DNA of 64,000 nucleotides from a virus (lineage: Duplodnaviria; Caudoviricetes), in IMG/VR virus record IMGVR_UViG_638276472_000001, positions 14,297 to 78,296 of that record; one strand, 5' to 3'. Made by a program: the position numbers and the translations under genes. Numbering within the stretch: position 1 is the first letter of the stretch; every line of letters starts with the position of its first letter. The notes beneath the pieces were generated by a model. That model searched no databases. It worked only from the letters and a program-made list of their open reading frames with translations, and was not told the origin of the DNA. Shown here in pieces: positions 1 through 9,371 of the stretch.

Positions 1-1
1 G

Positions 2-325
2 GCTGACGCCCCGGTCACTGCAAGGGGTATCATTCTGGCGGCTAGCCGTCGTGAGTGGAACAACCCCAAGCGTGTGAGCTATGTGGTCAAGGGACCGCAG
101 TCCGCAACGTTTATGCAGTCTGCTTATCCGCCTGGGTTTTTCACCGATGCGGAAGAGGCAAAGCTTCGTTCGTATGGCCGCTCCACGGGCAACTGGGGAG
201 TGATCGAGACGTATAGGGATGACGAAGAGCAGCTTAACGGCTACTTGGAGGTCTACCCGCATGGTGGTCTGATGCCGGTGTATCACCCCGATGACATCGG
301 CTACGGAGGTTCGATTCACCCATGA
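2..325 (+). CDS. head-to-tail adaptor (5' truncated by window edge)
   Basis: Frame is open from base 2 (ADAPVTARGIILAASRREWNNPKRVSY...). Lies upstream of the stopper, terminator and major tail genes. Confidence 0.7.
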   Translation, partial: ADAPVTARGIILAASRREWNNPKRVSYVVKGPQSATFMQSAYPPGFFTDAEEAKLRSYGRSTGNWGVIETYRDDEEQLNGYLEVYPHGGLMPVYHPDDIGYGGSIHP

Positions 326-663
326 GTGTAGCGAAGGTTTATCGACGCCAGTTGGATTGGCGCGGAGACCCGCTCGAAACTGAGTACCTTGGCGACATTC
401 ATGACGTGATCATTGGTGGCGCTGTGCCACAGGAGCTTTCGCGATTCCCGGGACTTGTGAGTACCGAAGGCCAGGTTGGCATTCCGTTCGAGCAGGACTC
501 GGGAATTCTTGTGCAGAAGGCAGATGTCCTAGTAATCAACAACGTTGCGTACACGGTGGTTGGTCCTCGTCAGTGGGATGAAGACCATACTTTTGCCGGT
601 ACTGACGTGGTGGATGAGCTATACTGGGTACAGGTGGAGGCAAGTCATGGCCGACCTCAATAG
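322..663 (+). CDS. head-to-tail stopper
   Basis: 113 aa, ATGA overlap with previous gene, LDWRGDP and YTVVGPRQWD motifs, synteny. Confidence 0.7.
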   Translation: MSVAKVYRRQLDWRGDPLETEYLGDIHDVIIGGAVPQELSRFPGLVSTEGQVGIPFEQDSGILVQKADVLVINNVAYTVVGPRQWDEDHTFAGTDVVDELYWVQVEASHGRPQ

Positions 664-1042
664 CGGCTACGCCTACATCGAAGATTTGAAGCTGTATGGC
701 CCGCCGAATAAGGTTCTGGCCCAGATCCTTGTCGGTAATCAGATGTACAACCTCGTGGCTGAGTACGTGCTGAAGGTGGCGATTCATTTCACCACCAAGG
801 AAGCTCGCTCGCCGTACCGTGACAGGACTCGTCAGTATCGTCGCGGTGGCCATACCCCCGGTCAGCAGGTCCGCAACATGGACTATGACGTGGCAATGGG
901 GAATGACCGTTGGATTGGCCAGATTACGCTTAGGGAAGATTACTCGGGCGCTGACCAGTACGGTCGTAAGAAGTACGCAAGGTATCGCGGTAGCCAGTCT
1001 CTTCGTGAGTCGCTGCACGCGGTGCTTCCTCACCAGCCTTAA
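647..1042 (+). CDS. neck/tail completion region protein
   Basis: ATG at 647 after GGAGG. Sits between stopper and tail terminator. Confidence 0.6.
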   Translation: MADLNSGYAYIEDLKLYGPPNKVLAQILVGNQMYNLVAEYVLKVAIHFTTKEARSPYRDRTRQYRRGGHTPGQQVRNMDYDVAMGNDRWIGQITLREDYSGADQYGRKKYARYRGSQSLRESLHAVLPHQP

Positions 1043-1051
1043 GGATTCGAG

Positions 1052-1564
1052 ATGGCAGACTTTCTACCCGATTGGTGGGAGGGACCTGAATATCTCGACG
1101 TGGAAGATCTGTTCGCGCAGCACTTCCAGAAGCTTCTGCCGAATGTCCGTGTGTGCCACTGGATTCAGCCAGATTGGTACATTCCAACGGGATTCGTGGA
1201 TGCAACCCCAACTTACGGTACGGAGCCGACTCTCCGGTTGTGGCGTCAGCCTGGGCAGCGTGACGATGAATCCACTACTGATGCACCGCTTTTGCAGTTC
1301 GCAGCAGTAACCCGCTCGCATGGGGACTCGATCCAGTTGATTGAGTTTGTGCATACGGTGATGAGGGCGCTCAACAACGGGCACAAGATCAAGTACAACG
1401 GACAATTGGTCGGCATCAAGAATGTCGGTTTGTGGCTTGGCCCGCAGACGATTCCAGAGGGTCCTATTGATGAGTTCTTCGTTCCGGTGACGTACAAGTT
1501 CACGGTCGCCGGTAAGAAGCTCCAGCCCAACTACCGCAAGATTTTGGATTCCCTTAACGATTAA
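1052..1564 (+). CDS. tail terminator
   Basis: 170 aa directly before the major tail gene. LPDWWEG...DVEDL N-terminus typical of mycobacteriophage terminators. Confidence 0.7.
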   Translation: MADFLPDWWEGPEYLDVEDLFAQHFQKLLPNVRVCHWIQPDWYIPTGFVDATPTYGTEPTLRLWRQPGQRDDESTTDAPLLQFAAVTRSHGDSIQLIEFVHTVMRALNNGHKIKYNGQLVGIKNVGLWLGPQTIPEGPIDEFFVPVTYKFTVAGKKLQPNYRKILDSLND

Positions 1565-1573
1565 GGATTTTCG

Positions 1574-2485
1574 ATGGCAGACTTCGAAAACGTACGCGCA
1601 GCACAGCAGGACTTGGTTCTGTCGAAGCTGTCGCTTGCCGTGTTGTTCGCCAAGATGGACACTCCTCTGTTGACCACGATTGAGGACCCTGCCACTGGTG
1701 ACCTGGTCGAGCTGGACGACTATCGTTCCGCTGGCATTATCCAGAAGGACGCTGGTCTTTCGATCACTTCGGACATCGAGTCGAGTGACATCGAGGGCTA
1801 CGGTGAGGTCGAGCCTGTTCGTACCATCATCACCAAGCGTACTACCCGCTTCAACGCTTCGTTCATCGAGACTAACCGCGAGGTGATCGAGAAGTATTGG
1901 GGCATCGAGCTTGACGCTACCAACCTGACTGTTTCGGCTCAGGGTGGCGTGACCGTGAAGGCTCCACCTCGTCCGAAGAACATCTTCTACCGCTGCATCC
2001 TGCTTGGTCAGGACGAGGTCAACGGTGAGGACCTGTTCCCGTACTGGATTCTTCCGAAGGTCAAGCTGACCGAGGTTGACAACATGGACTTCCGTGACGA
2101 CGCGGAAATCCAGTACCGTATGACCTTCCAGGCGTTCCGTGACCCTGAGGGCAAGTTCTCGGTTATCCAGGGTTGGTGTGGTCCTGGTTGGCGTCTGCTG
2201 GTTGACAAGACCGGCTTCGTGGCTCCACCTGAGGCTATCGTGGTCAGCCCTGATCCGATCACTATTAGTGTTTCGGATACTGAGCAGCTTGAGGTGTTGG
2301 CCGACAACGGCATCAACCGCACTCCGAACGCTAAGTTCGAGTCGAGCGATCCTGCGATGGCCAGCGTTTCGGCTACTGGTTTGGTGACTGGTGTGGCTGC
2401 CGGTTCGGCTACTATCACTGTGACGTACGATCCGCCTACTGGCGCACCGTTGACCGATAGTGTGAGCGTCACTGTCACTGCCTAA
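1574..2485 (+). CDS. major tail protein with C-terminal Ig-like (Big_2) domain
   Basis: IEGYGEVEPVRTII tail-tube motif. C-terminal FESSDPAMASVSATGLVTGVAAGSATITVT is Ig-like. Confidence 0.9.
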   Translation: MADFENVRAAQQDLVLSKLSLAVLFAKMDTPLLTTIEDPATGDLVELDDYRSAGIIQKDAGLSITSDIESSDIEGYGEVEPVRTIITKRTTRFNASFIETNREVIEKYWGIELDATNLTVSAQGGVTVKAPPRPKNIFYRCILLGQDEVNGEDLFPYWILPKVKLTEVDNMDFRDDAEIQYRMTFQAFRDPEGKFSVIQGWCGPGWRLLVDKTGFVAPPEAIVVSPDPITISVSDTEQLEVLADNGINRTPNAKFESSDPAMASVSATGLVTGVAAGSATITVTYDPPTGAPLTDSVSVTVTA

Positions 2486-2637
2486 GGTCGGAAGCCTTAG
2501 CATCTGGGGCGGTCAACCGGGGTAACACTCCGTATATGCCTACCCCCGCACTTATAGGAACCCTCAGTGGGACTTGGAGATAGCATCTCCTTTTCCTGCT
2601 GGGGGTTTCCTCGTTTCACAACAAAGGAGCAATTATC

Positions 2638-2982
2638 ATGGCTGGCAAGGCAACTGTGAAGGTTCAGGAAGACGCCGTCGATACTTTGGTCGATGAGACC
2701 TTGGGCGACGAGGACCGTTGGAATGACTACGTCACCGAAAACCCATGCCCCCCACTGGTTGTCAAGGGCATCCGCTTGACGCAGCCTTCGACTGAGGCTG
2801 TTGAGGAATGGACTCGCCGTCTGAATGAGCCGGATTCGGATGCTATTCTGATGGGGGAAGAGAACTACAAGAAGCTGAAGGCAGCTTTTGCGAAGGCCCC
2901 GTTCGGCGCGTGGCGTAACTTCCAGCGCGACTACATGACTCACATGTTCGGCTCGGATGATATGGCGACACTGGGAAAGTAA
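2638..2982 (+). CDS. tail assembly chaperone (G-like)
   Basis: SD AAGGAG, position between major tail and tape measure, ends in a slippery heptamer. Confidence 0.85.
   Translation: MAGKATVKVQEDAVDTLVDETLGDEDRWNDYVTENPCPPLVVKGIRLTQPSTEAVEEWTRRLNEPDSDAILMGEENYKKLKAAFAKAPFGAWRNFQRDYMTHMFGSDDMATLGK
2973..2979 (+). other. programmed -1 frameshift site G GGA AAG
   Basis: X XXY YYZ heptamer immediately before TAA, identical to the lambda G/T site. The -1 frame is open to 3404. Confidence 0.85.
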
Positions 2983-3404
2983 TTCAGGTCGTGAATCGCC
3001 ACTGGGATGCGATCTCATGGGATTTCGATGAGATTCTTCACTTCTCGGCCTTCGAATACTTCCAGTGGACCCCTGCGCCGACGCGTTCGGGGTGGATGCG
3101 TAAGCGCCCGTGGCACGACTTTCTGTCGAAGGTGCAGCGTCTCGCTGAGATGGATGGTACCGCTACTCAAGAGTCCATTTTGCATGACCCTGAGGTTGTG
3201 GAGTGGATGGCCACTCACAAGCCGGGTAAGGCTGAGCCTCGTATCTGGGGCCAGACTCGCATCGTGAATCTGTTGATGTCGCAGATCGAGGTGGCGACCG
3301 GCAAGCCTATGAAGCGCGCGGTCATCCCTGGCGAGAAGCTAAGGGAGAAGCGCAATGTGAACCGTTTGAAGAACACCCTGTCCCGGATTGGGGTGCATAA
3401 CTAG
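2973..3404 (+). CDS. tail assembly chaperone -1 frame extension (GT-like fusion 2638..3404)
   Basis: Open frame reached by -1 slippage. No strong SD of its own. Confidence 0.8.
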   Translation, partial: GKVIQVVNRHWDAISWDFDEILHFSAFEYFQWTPAPTRSGWMRKRPWHDFLSKVQRLAEMDGTATQESILHDPEVVEWMATHKPGKAEPRIWGQTRIVNLLMSQIEVATGKPMKRAVIPGEKLREKRNVNRLKNTLSRIGVHN

Positions 3405-3411
3405 GAGAGCC

Positions 3412-6400
3412 ATGGCAGTACAGTATGCGGGTGAAGCCGCTATCCGTATTGTTCCTAGCCTCAGGAACTTTCGCTCGCGCGTGCAGAATGAGTTGTCGCG
3501 CAAGCCTCTTCGCTTCGATATTGACATTCGTCCGAATGTTGACACCACGAAGGCTGAGGCTGAGCTAGAAAGGTTCCGCGCCAAGGAATCTGCGGATGCG
3601 ATCAACCTCCGCGCCAAGGTCGATATTCGTGAGGCGCGTCAGGCCTTCTCGCAGGTCCAGCACATTTTCAAGCGCTCGGCTATTGCGAAGGCTTTGCGTG
3701 TCAACCTTGTCGTGCTTGGCGGGGACGCCGTATACGCTGCCGTTGGCGCTCTTGGTTCTCTTGCCACTGCCGCTGACGTGGCGGGTAAGTCGCTGTTCGC
3801 GCTGCCTGCTGCGTTCGCGTCGGCTGGTGCTGCCGCTGGTGTGTTCGCTGCGTCGTTGATGGGCATCAAGGAAGCGTTCAAGGCGCTGTCGGATGACCAG
3901 GAAGATGCCGCCCAGAATGCGCGTGAGTTGTCGAATGCTCAGCGCGATGCGGAGAAGGCCCATAGGGATGTTCGCCGTGCCATCAAGGATGTTGGTACGG
4001 CTTATCGTGATGCCCGCCGCGAGGTTGAGGACTTGCATCGTGAGGTGCGTCGTGGGTCGTTGACTGAGGCTGAGGCGTTGCTGGATCTTCAGGACGCGGT
4101 TGACAACCTGAAGAATGGTTCGTTCAAGAGCCTGAACGAGTTCCGCCGCGCACAGTTGAATGTGCTGAAGTCGTATGACTCGTTGCAGGAAACTCAGCTC
4201 CGTAACACCCGCAACCAGGAAGACTTGAATCAGGCTCAGTCCGAAGGCATTGCGAACAACCAGCGTGTTGTGCAGGCTTTGGATGCGATGTCGGATGCCC
4301 AGCAGCGTGTGGCCGATTCGGCTGACCGCATGGCGAAGGCTACCGAGTCGAAGGGTGATGCGGCCCTTGCGAAGTTGGCTCCGGAGGCTCAGGAATTCGT
4401 ACTCGCTTTGAAGGGTGCGGAGTCGGAGTTCATGAACTTCGTGCGCCTTATCCAGGGCGACGTGTTCCGTGGCCAGGCGAACAATGTCATTGACACTCTT
4501 CGCACTTCGATCAAGAATCTTGGCCCTGATATTCGTGGTGTGGCTGGCGAGGTCAACGGGGTTCTTCAGGACCTTGGCGCTTCGCTGCGTTCGCCGGAGA
4601 ATCAGAACCTGTTGAAGGGTGTGCTTGGTAACACCAAGTCGGGTCTGAACACTTTGCGCGATGGCATTGACCCTCTTGTTAATTCGCTTCTGCGCCTGTC
4701 GAACACTTCCGGATTCACTTCCCTTGCAGGGTGGTTGGTGACTCTGATTGACCGCTGGGATGCGTTCATTGAGCGTATCGACGCGTCGGGCGAGCTGGAC
4801 GAGTGGATTCAGAACGGTATTCAGGGTCTCGACAATCTTCTGAACACGATCATTAACCTTGGGTCGTTCATCGCTAATGTGGCTGACGCGTGGCGCGCCG
4901 CTGGTGGTGACGCTCAGGGCGTCTTGGGTTCTGCCGAAAAGCTGACTGACCGTCTTGCGAAGTGGTCGGAGTCGGCTCAGGGCAAGAACTCGATGATCAA
5001 TTACTTCCGTGATGTTCGCGGGTTCATTGACGAAATCAAGGACGCATTCGGTGACATGCGTCCACTTCTTGCTTCCATCACTCAGTTCGTGCGTGACTGG
5101 TCCACCGTCATGCTGAATCTTCTTGGTACTGCTGCCAAGTTGACTGAGTGGGTGGATGAGCACACCGGCTTGGTGAAGGTTCTTCTGTGGACTTGGTTGT
5201 CGTTCCGCACCATCGCTCCTATCTGGGGGATGCTTCAGACTGGTGCCAAGAATTATCTGAAGGTTGTCAAGGGTCTAGGTGAGGCCCAGGTGCCGGTGTT
5301 CCGAAACATGAACAACGGCTTGACCACCGCTAAGGACAACTGGAAGCAGATGACCGGCTATCAGGCCGGTGCCCATAGCACTTTCCAGCGCAGCAACATC
5401 CTGTTGACTGGTCAGGCTGCCGCTTTGCGTGACAACTTCGACGCCCAGAAGAAGATGCTGTCGCAGTTGCAGAAGACCAGCCCGCAGATCGTGGCGATGG
5501 GTAATGCCGCTAAGGATGCAACCGGCAAGGTTGGTGGCGGTCCTGCTGGCGTGCAGGCTGGTTTGCGTGGTGCCCTTGGTGGTATCGCTGCGTTCATTGG
5601 TCCGTTGGCTGCCTCGATTGTGGCCACTGGCGGAATTATGTGGGCCATCGACAAGTTGGGCGAGGCTCACCGTAACGCCGCACGTGATGCCGATGACCAG
5701 CGTGCCGCTTTGGAGAACTTGAAGCAGACGCTTGACTCGACTACTGGTGCGTTCACTCAGCAGACTGCGCTTGAGTCGGCTAAGCAGGCCCAGTCGTACA
5801 GCATCCCGAACTTCCCTGGCGGCGGCAACCGTAATGTGTTGTCGGACTTCGCCCGTACTGGCTTGGGCACTCCGCAGGATCTGATCAATGCGGGTAACCC
5901 AACTCAGCAGGCTCTCCGTAACGACGTTCTGGGCAAGCTGGACAACCAGACTCGTATCCGTGTTGAGCAGTCGCCTGAGTGGGCGCGTGGCCGTAAGTTC
6001 TGGGAAGAGCACGGCGTCACGTCGCTGGTGATGGCTCAGGCCATGAACGGTGACCCTTCGGCGGTTGCGAAGGTTCAGGCGGCTGAGCGTCAGGCGTTCG
6101 ACCCCAAGGGAACTGGCAACCTGGGTGATAGGACTTACCAGTCGGCTCAGCGTCATCGTCATGGTATCGAAGACCTTTCGGCGATGATCTCCGCTACTGG
6201 CACGTATGACTTCGCGTCGTCGGCCATCTTCATCCGTGACCGTGCCGGGGCTTTGACTCAGGGCGGGCAGGCAATTCAGGAAGCCAACACGGCTGCTAAT
6301 GGTCCTGTTGCGCTGAAGCCTGGCTCCACTCTGGGTGGTCCTGGTGCTCGCGTATACCGTGAGGGCGACACGTACAAGGTGGAGACTTCCGGTTCGGTTC

Positions 6401-9363
6401 CTCCTGGCTGGGAACAGGGTGTGCCTTCGGAAATTGGTCAGGCTATTCGTCTTCCGGATGGCCGTGGCCAGATTTTGTTGACTCCTGAGGCTGTGAAGAA
6501 CAACATCGCCGGGTATGCCACTGGTGGTTTGATTCGCGGTGTTGGTTCTGGCACTAGCGATTCCAATATTGTCCGCGCGTCGATGGGTGAGTTCATCGTC
6601 CGCAAGGCCGCTGTGGACAAGTATGGCGTGCAAACGCTGAACAGCATCAACCAGGGCGAGATGCCAAGGTTTGATGGCGGCGGTATTTTCGCTGGCCCGT
6701 ATGACAATCCACCTCCTAACCCTTGGGCTGGCGTGTCGGCCAAGGGTACTACTGGCGTGTGGACCCCACCTCAGCAGCCGGGTGGTTCGGCGCTGTTGCG
6801 TGAGGCTGGCAAGACTGCGTCGCGTCTTCTGTTGGGTAGTGATCCTTACCCTGATTGGAAGCCGACTGTTCAGCTTGGGCCTCCGACGCCTCAGCCGGAT
6901 AGCGGTGTGGATGACTGGATTGCCAAGCAGGGTCTTCCACAGCCTAAGCCTGCGCCGATCCCTACTCCTACGGCTCCGCAGAACAAGACGCCTGCGGCTC
7001 AGCCGACCGGCACTCCGGTAAAGGCCCCTAATACGAGTGGGCAGAAGACGGGTACCACCCCGACCGCTACTCCGACCACGCATGGTTCGGGTACTGCGGG
7101 ACCGGGGAATACTGTCACGCCTCCGAACGGCATCCCTCACGGCCAGGGGGCCGCTACAAACCTTGGGGGTACTGGTTATACCGTACCTACCACGTTTGGC
7201 GCTTCTGTGCCCGCTGGGGCCGCTGCAATCCCCGGTTCTTCGTACGGTCTGCCCGCTGGTAGCGCCATCAGCTACGGAGCTGAGGGATTCCCCGATTGGG
7301 TGTACACCCTTGGTTCTCAGTATGGTGTGGAAGCTTCGACCTACGCGGGGCACCAGGAACGCTCGGGTCAGAATCGTGGCCTTGACTGGCGTCCAAAGGG
7401 TATTGACGTACACACCCCTGAGGGTGCGGCGATCATGGACCGCTTCGCCCAGGCAATGATCAACACGCCTGGCGTGGAACAGGTCATTTGGAAGAATCCG
7501 TTCACTGGCCAGATGTTCGGCAAGGACCCTGGCGACCGTGGCGCGAATCAGTCGATTGAGGACTACTACCGCGACGACTGGGCGGGCCACACCGATCACG
7601 TTCATATTCGCACCTCGCAGGCTCTCGGTTTCCCTGAGGGTTTGAATCCTCAGGTGTTGGCGCAGTACCAGGCCCAGGGCCTACTTCCCAACCTGCCGGG
7701 CGTTGGCAACCTTGGTGCGCAGCAGAAGCAGCAGCCAAAGAGCTTGCTGGACTTGATTGTTGACAAGTACCGCAAGGCATACGAGCCTGAGCAGATCATG
7801 CAGTTCCTGGGCGACCAGGCTGCGAATGTCGGTAGGTCGTTGCAGGGCATCGGTCTTCAGGCATTGCAGGGCTTCACCGGCTTGGACCTGAGCGGCGTGT
7901 TCGGTAACGCAAGCAGCATCGGCTCCCACTTCCTGGGCGGCGGTGGGGATGGTGAAACCGGCTCGCTTGAAGAGGGGTCGGCCCTGGACCAGGCGATCAC
8001 CGGCAACATGGACCAGTTCATGGCTGGCAACGGTGCGCTCGGTGTGGACATCGCTTCGCTGTTCGGTGGCCAGAAGCCCGCAACCAAGTCGCAGGGTGAA
8101 GGTGTAGACCAGTGGGACGACACCATTTTCGGTGTCTTGATGCAGCTTGCCCAGATGGGTCTCATCAACCCTTCGGAGATCCCTGACTGGATGGACGCGG
8201 TGAAGCGTCAGATGAAGATCGAGTCGGGCGGTAACCCCGGCGCGGTCAATAACTGGGATAGCAACGCGGCCAAGGGAACTCCATCCAAGGGTCTGATGCA
8301 GATGGTGGAGGGCACCTTCAACCAGCACAAGGTGCCTGGCATTGGTAGTGGTCAGTGGCTTGACCCGGTGTCGCAGATCGCGGCTTCGGTGATGTACGCC
8401 AAGTCCAAGGGTGGGCCGTCGTACATGACCGGCAAGCAGGGTTATGCCACTGGTGGTATGACTCCTAGCGACCTGATTCGTGTGTCGCGCGGCGAGTTCC
8501 GTATGCAGCCCAAGGCTGTGTCGAAGTTCGGTTTGGGCTTCATGAACGCGCTGAACGCTGGCCAGCTTCCTGGCTTCTCTGAGGGTGGCGCTCCATTCCT
8601 GCCGTTCATGCCTACACCCGCCACGCCGCCACCTCCTAGCGGTCCTACCACACCTCCCGCACCGGGCGCTCAGCCCCATGGTCCCGCACCTCAGGCACCG
8701 GGTGTTCCTGCTCCGACGCCTGGTCCTGGGGTGCCCCCACCGGGTGGTCCGCTTCCTGGTCCCGCACCGGCTGAATTGGTTGGCCCTAATGGGGAATTGG
8801 ACCCTCAGCAGCAGGCTCTTGCTGAGCAGCTAACTCGCGGTTTGGGCGCTGTTGGCGCTTCGCAGGGTAACATGGGTACTGGGTATCTGAACCCTGGCAT
8901 CACTGGTGCCATTGAGGGTGGCTTCAACGCTCTCGGTTCGGCGGCGGGTACCGCTGCTGCTCTTGGTATCTCGGCTGGCACTATGGGTGCTGGTGCAGGT
9001 CCTGCCGCTGGTGCTGCCTCGCAGGCCATCTCGGCTGGTTTCCAGATCGCCGGTAAGGTCGCTTCGGGCGCTGCTAACATTCTGGGCGCTGCTGGTGTGG
9101 GTTCGATCAAGGATATCGGTTCTCAGGCAACCCCTTCGGGTGCGCCGTTGCTTCCTGTGCAGACTCCGGAGACTTTCGGTGCGCTGCCTTCGCAGCAGCA
9201 GATGCAGCAGGCCCAGAACCCTCAGCCCGCTCAGGCCGGTCCAATGATCGTGAACAACTACATGGGCGGCATCCACACCACCAACCTTGACGACTTCCAG
9301 CGTCGCCAGCAGAGGTTGATGGATCAGCAGGGCCAGCCCATCATCAGCAAGTACGCCATCTAA
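3412..9363 (+). CDS. tape measure protein with C-terminal murein-hydrolase-like domains
   Basis: 1983 aa, Ala/Gly-rich, coiled-coil, YAGEAAIRIVPS N-terminus. Contains SLT-like IESGGNPGAVNNWDSN...GLMQ and STYAGH...DW...HTDHVH motifs. Confidence 0.95.
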   Translation: MAVQYAGEAAIRIVPSLRNFRSRVQNELSRKPLRFDIDIRPNVDTTKAEAELERFRAKESADAINLRAKVDIREARQAFSQVQHIFKRSAIAKALRVNLVVLGGDAVYAAVGALGSLATAADVAGKSLFALPAAFASAGAAAGVFAASLMGIKEAFKALSDDQEDAAQNARELSNAQRDAEKAHRDVRRAIKDVGTAYRDARREVEDLHREVRRGSLTEAEALLDLQDAVDNLKNGSFKSLNEFRRAQLNVLKSYDSLQETQLRNTRNQEDLNQAQSEGIANNQRVVQALDAMSDAQQRVADSADRMAKATESKGDAALAKLAPEAQEFVLALKGAESEFMNFVRLIQGDVFRGQANNVIDTLRTSIKNLGPDIRGVAGEVNGVLQDLGASLRSPENQNLLKGVLGNTKSGLNTLRDGIDPLVNSLLRLSNTSGFTSLAGWLVTLIDRWDAFIERIDASGELDEWIQNGIQGLDNLLNTIINLGSFIANVADAWRAAGGDAQGVLGSAEKLTDRLAKWSESAQGKNSMINYFRDVRGFIDEIKDAFGDMRPLLASITQFVRDWSTVMLNLLGTAAKLTEWVDEHTGLVKVLLWTWLSFRTIAPIWGMLQTGAKNYLKVVKGLGEAQVPVFRNMNNGLTTAKDNWKQMTGYQAGAHSTFQRSNILLTGQAAALRDNFDAQKKMLSQLQKTSPQIVAMGNAAKDATGKVGGGPAGVQAGLRGALGGIAAFIGPLAASIVATGGIMWAIDKLGEAHRNAARDADDQRAALENLKQTLDSTTGAFTQQTALESAKQAQSYSIPNFPGGGNRNVLSDFARTGLGTPQDLINAGNPTQQALRNDVLGKLDNQTRIRVEQSPEWARGRKFWEEHGVTSLVMAQAMNGDPSAVAKVQAAERQAFDPKGTGNLGDRTYQSAQRHRHGIEDLSAMISATGTYDFASSAIFIRDRAGALTQGGQAIQEANTAANGPVALKPGSTLGGPGARVYREGDTYKVETSGSVPPGWEQGVPSEIGQAIRLPDGRGQILLTPEAVKNNIAGYATGGLIRGVGSGTSDSNIVRASMGEFIVRKAAVDKYGVQTLNSINQGEMPRFDGGGIFAGPYDNPPPNPWAGVSAKGTTGVWTPPQQPGGSALLREAGKTASRLLLGSDPYPDWKPTVQLGPPTPQPDSGVDDWIAKQGLPQPKPAPIPTPTAPQNKTPAAQPTGTPVKAPNTSGQKTGTTPTATPTTHGSGTAGPGNTVTPPNGIPHGQGAATNLGGTGYTVPTTFGASVPAGAAAIPGSSYGLPAGSAISYGAEGFPDWVYTLGSQYGVEASTYAGHQERSGQNRGLDWRPKGIDVHTPEGAAIMDRFAQAMINTPGVEQVIWKNPFTGQMFGKDPGDRGANQSIEDYYRDDWAGHTDHVHIRTSQALGFPEGLNPQVLAQYQAQGLLPNLPGVGNLGAQQKQQPKSLLDLIVDKYRKAYEPEQIMQFLGDQAANVGRSLQGIGLQALQGFTGLDLSGVFGNASSIGSHFLGGGGDGETGSLEEGSALDQAITGNMDQFMAGNGALGVDIASLFGGQKPATKSQGEGVDQWDDTIFGVLMQLAQMGLINPSEIPDWMDAVKRQMKIESGGNPGAVNNWDSNAAKGTPSKGLMQMVEGTFNQHKVPGIGSGQWLDPVSQIAASVMYAKSKGGPSYMTGKQGYATGGMTPSDLIRVSRGEFRMQPKAVSKFGLGFMNALNAGQLPGFSEGGAPFLPFMPTPATPPPPSGPTTPPAPGAQPHGPAPQAPGVPAPTPGPGVPPPGGPLPGPAPAELVGPNGELDPQQQALAEQLTRGLGAVGASQGNMGTGYLNPGITGAIEGGFNALGSAAGTAAALGISAGTMGAGAGPAAGAASQAISAGFQIAGKVASGAANILGAAGVGSIKDIGSQATPSGAPLLPVQTPETFGALPSQQQMQQAQNPQPAQAGPMIVNNYMGGIHTTNLDDFQRRQQRLMDQQGQPIISKYAI

Positions 9364-9371
9364 GGTGAGAC

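Noticed and set aside
1064-8679. Long minus-strand ORFs (1064..2503, 3565..5163, 5275..7605, 7681..8679)
   Set aside because: They are antisense shadows of strongly codon-biased structural genes, with no SD or protein motifs.
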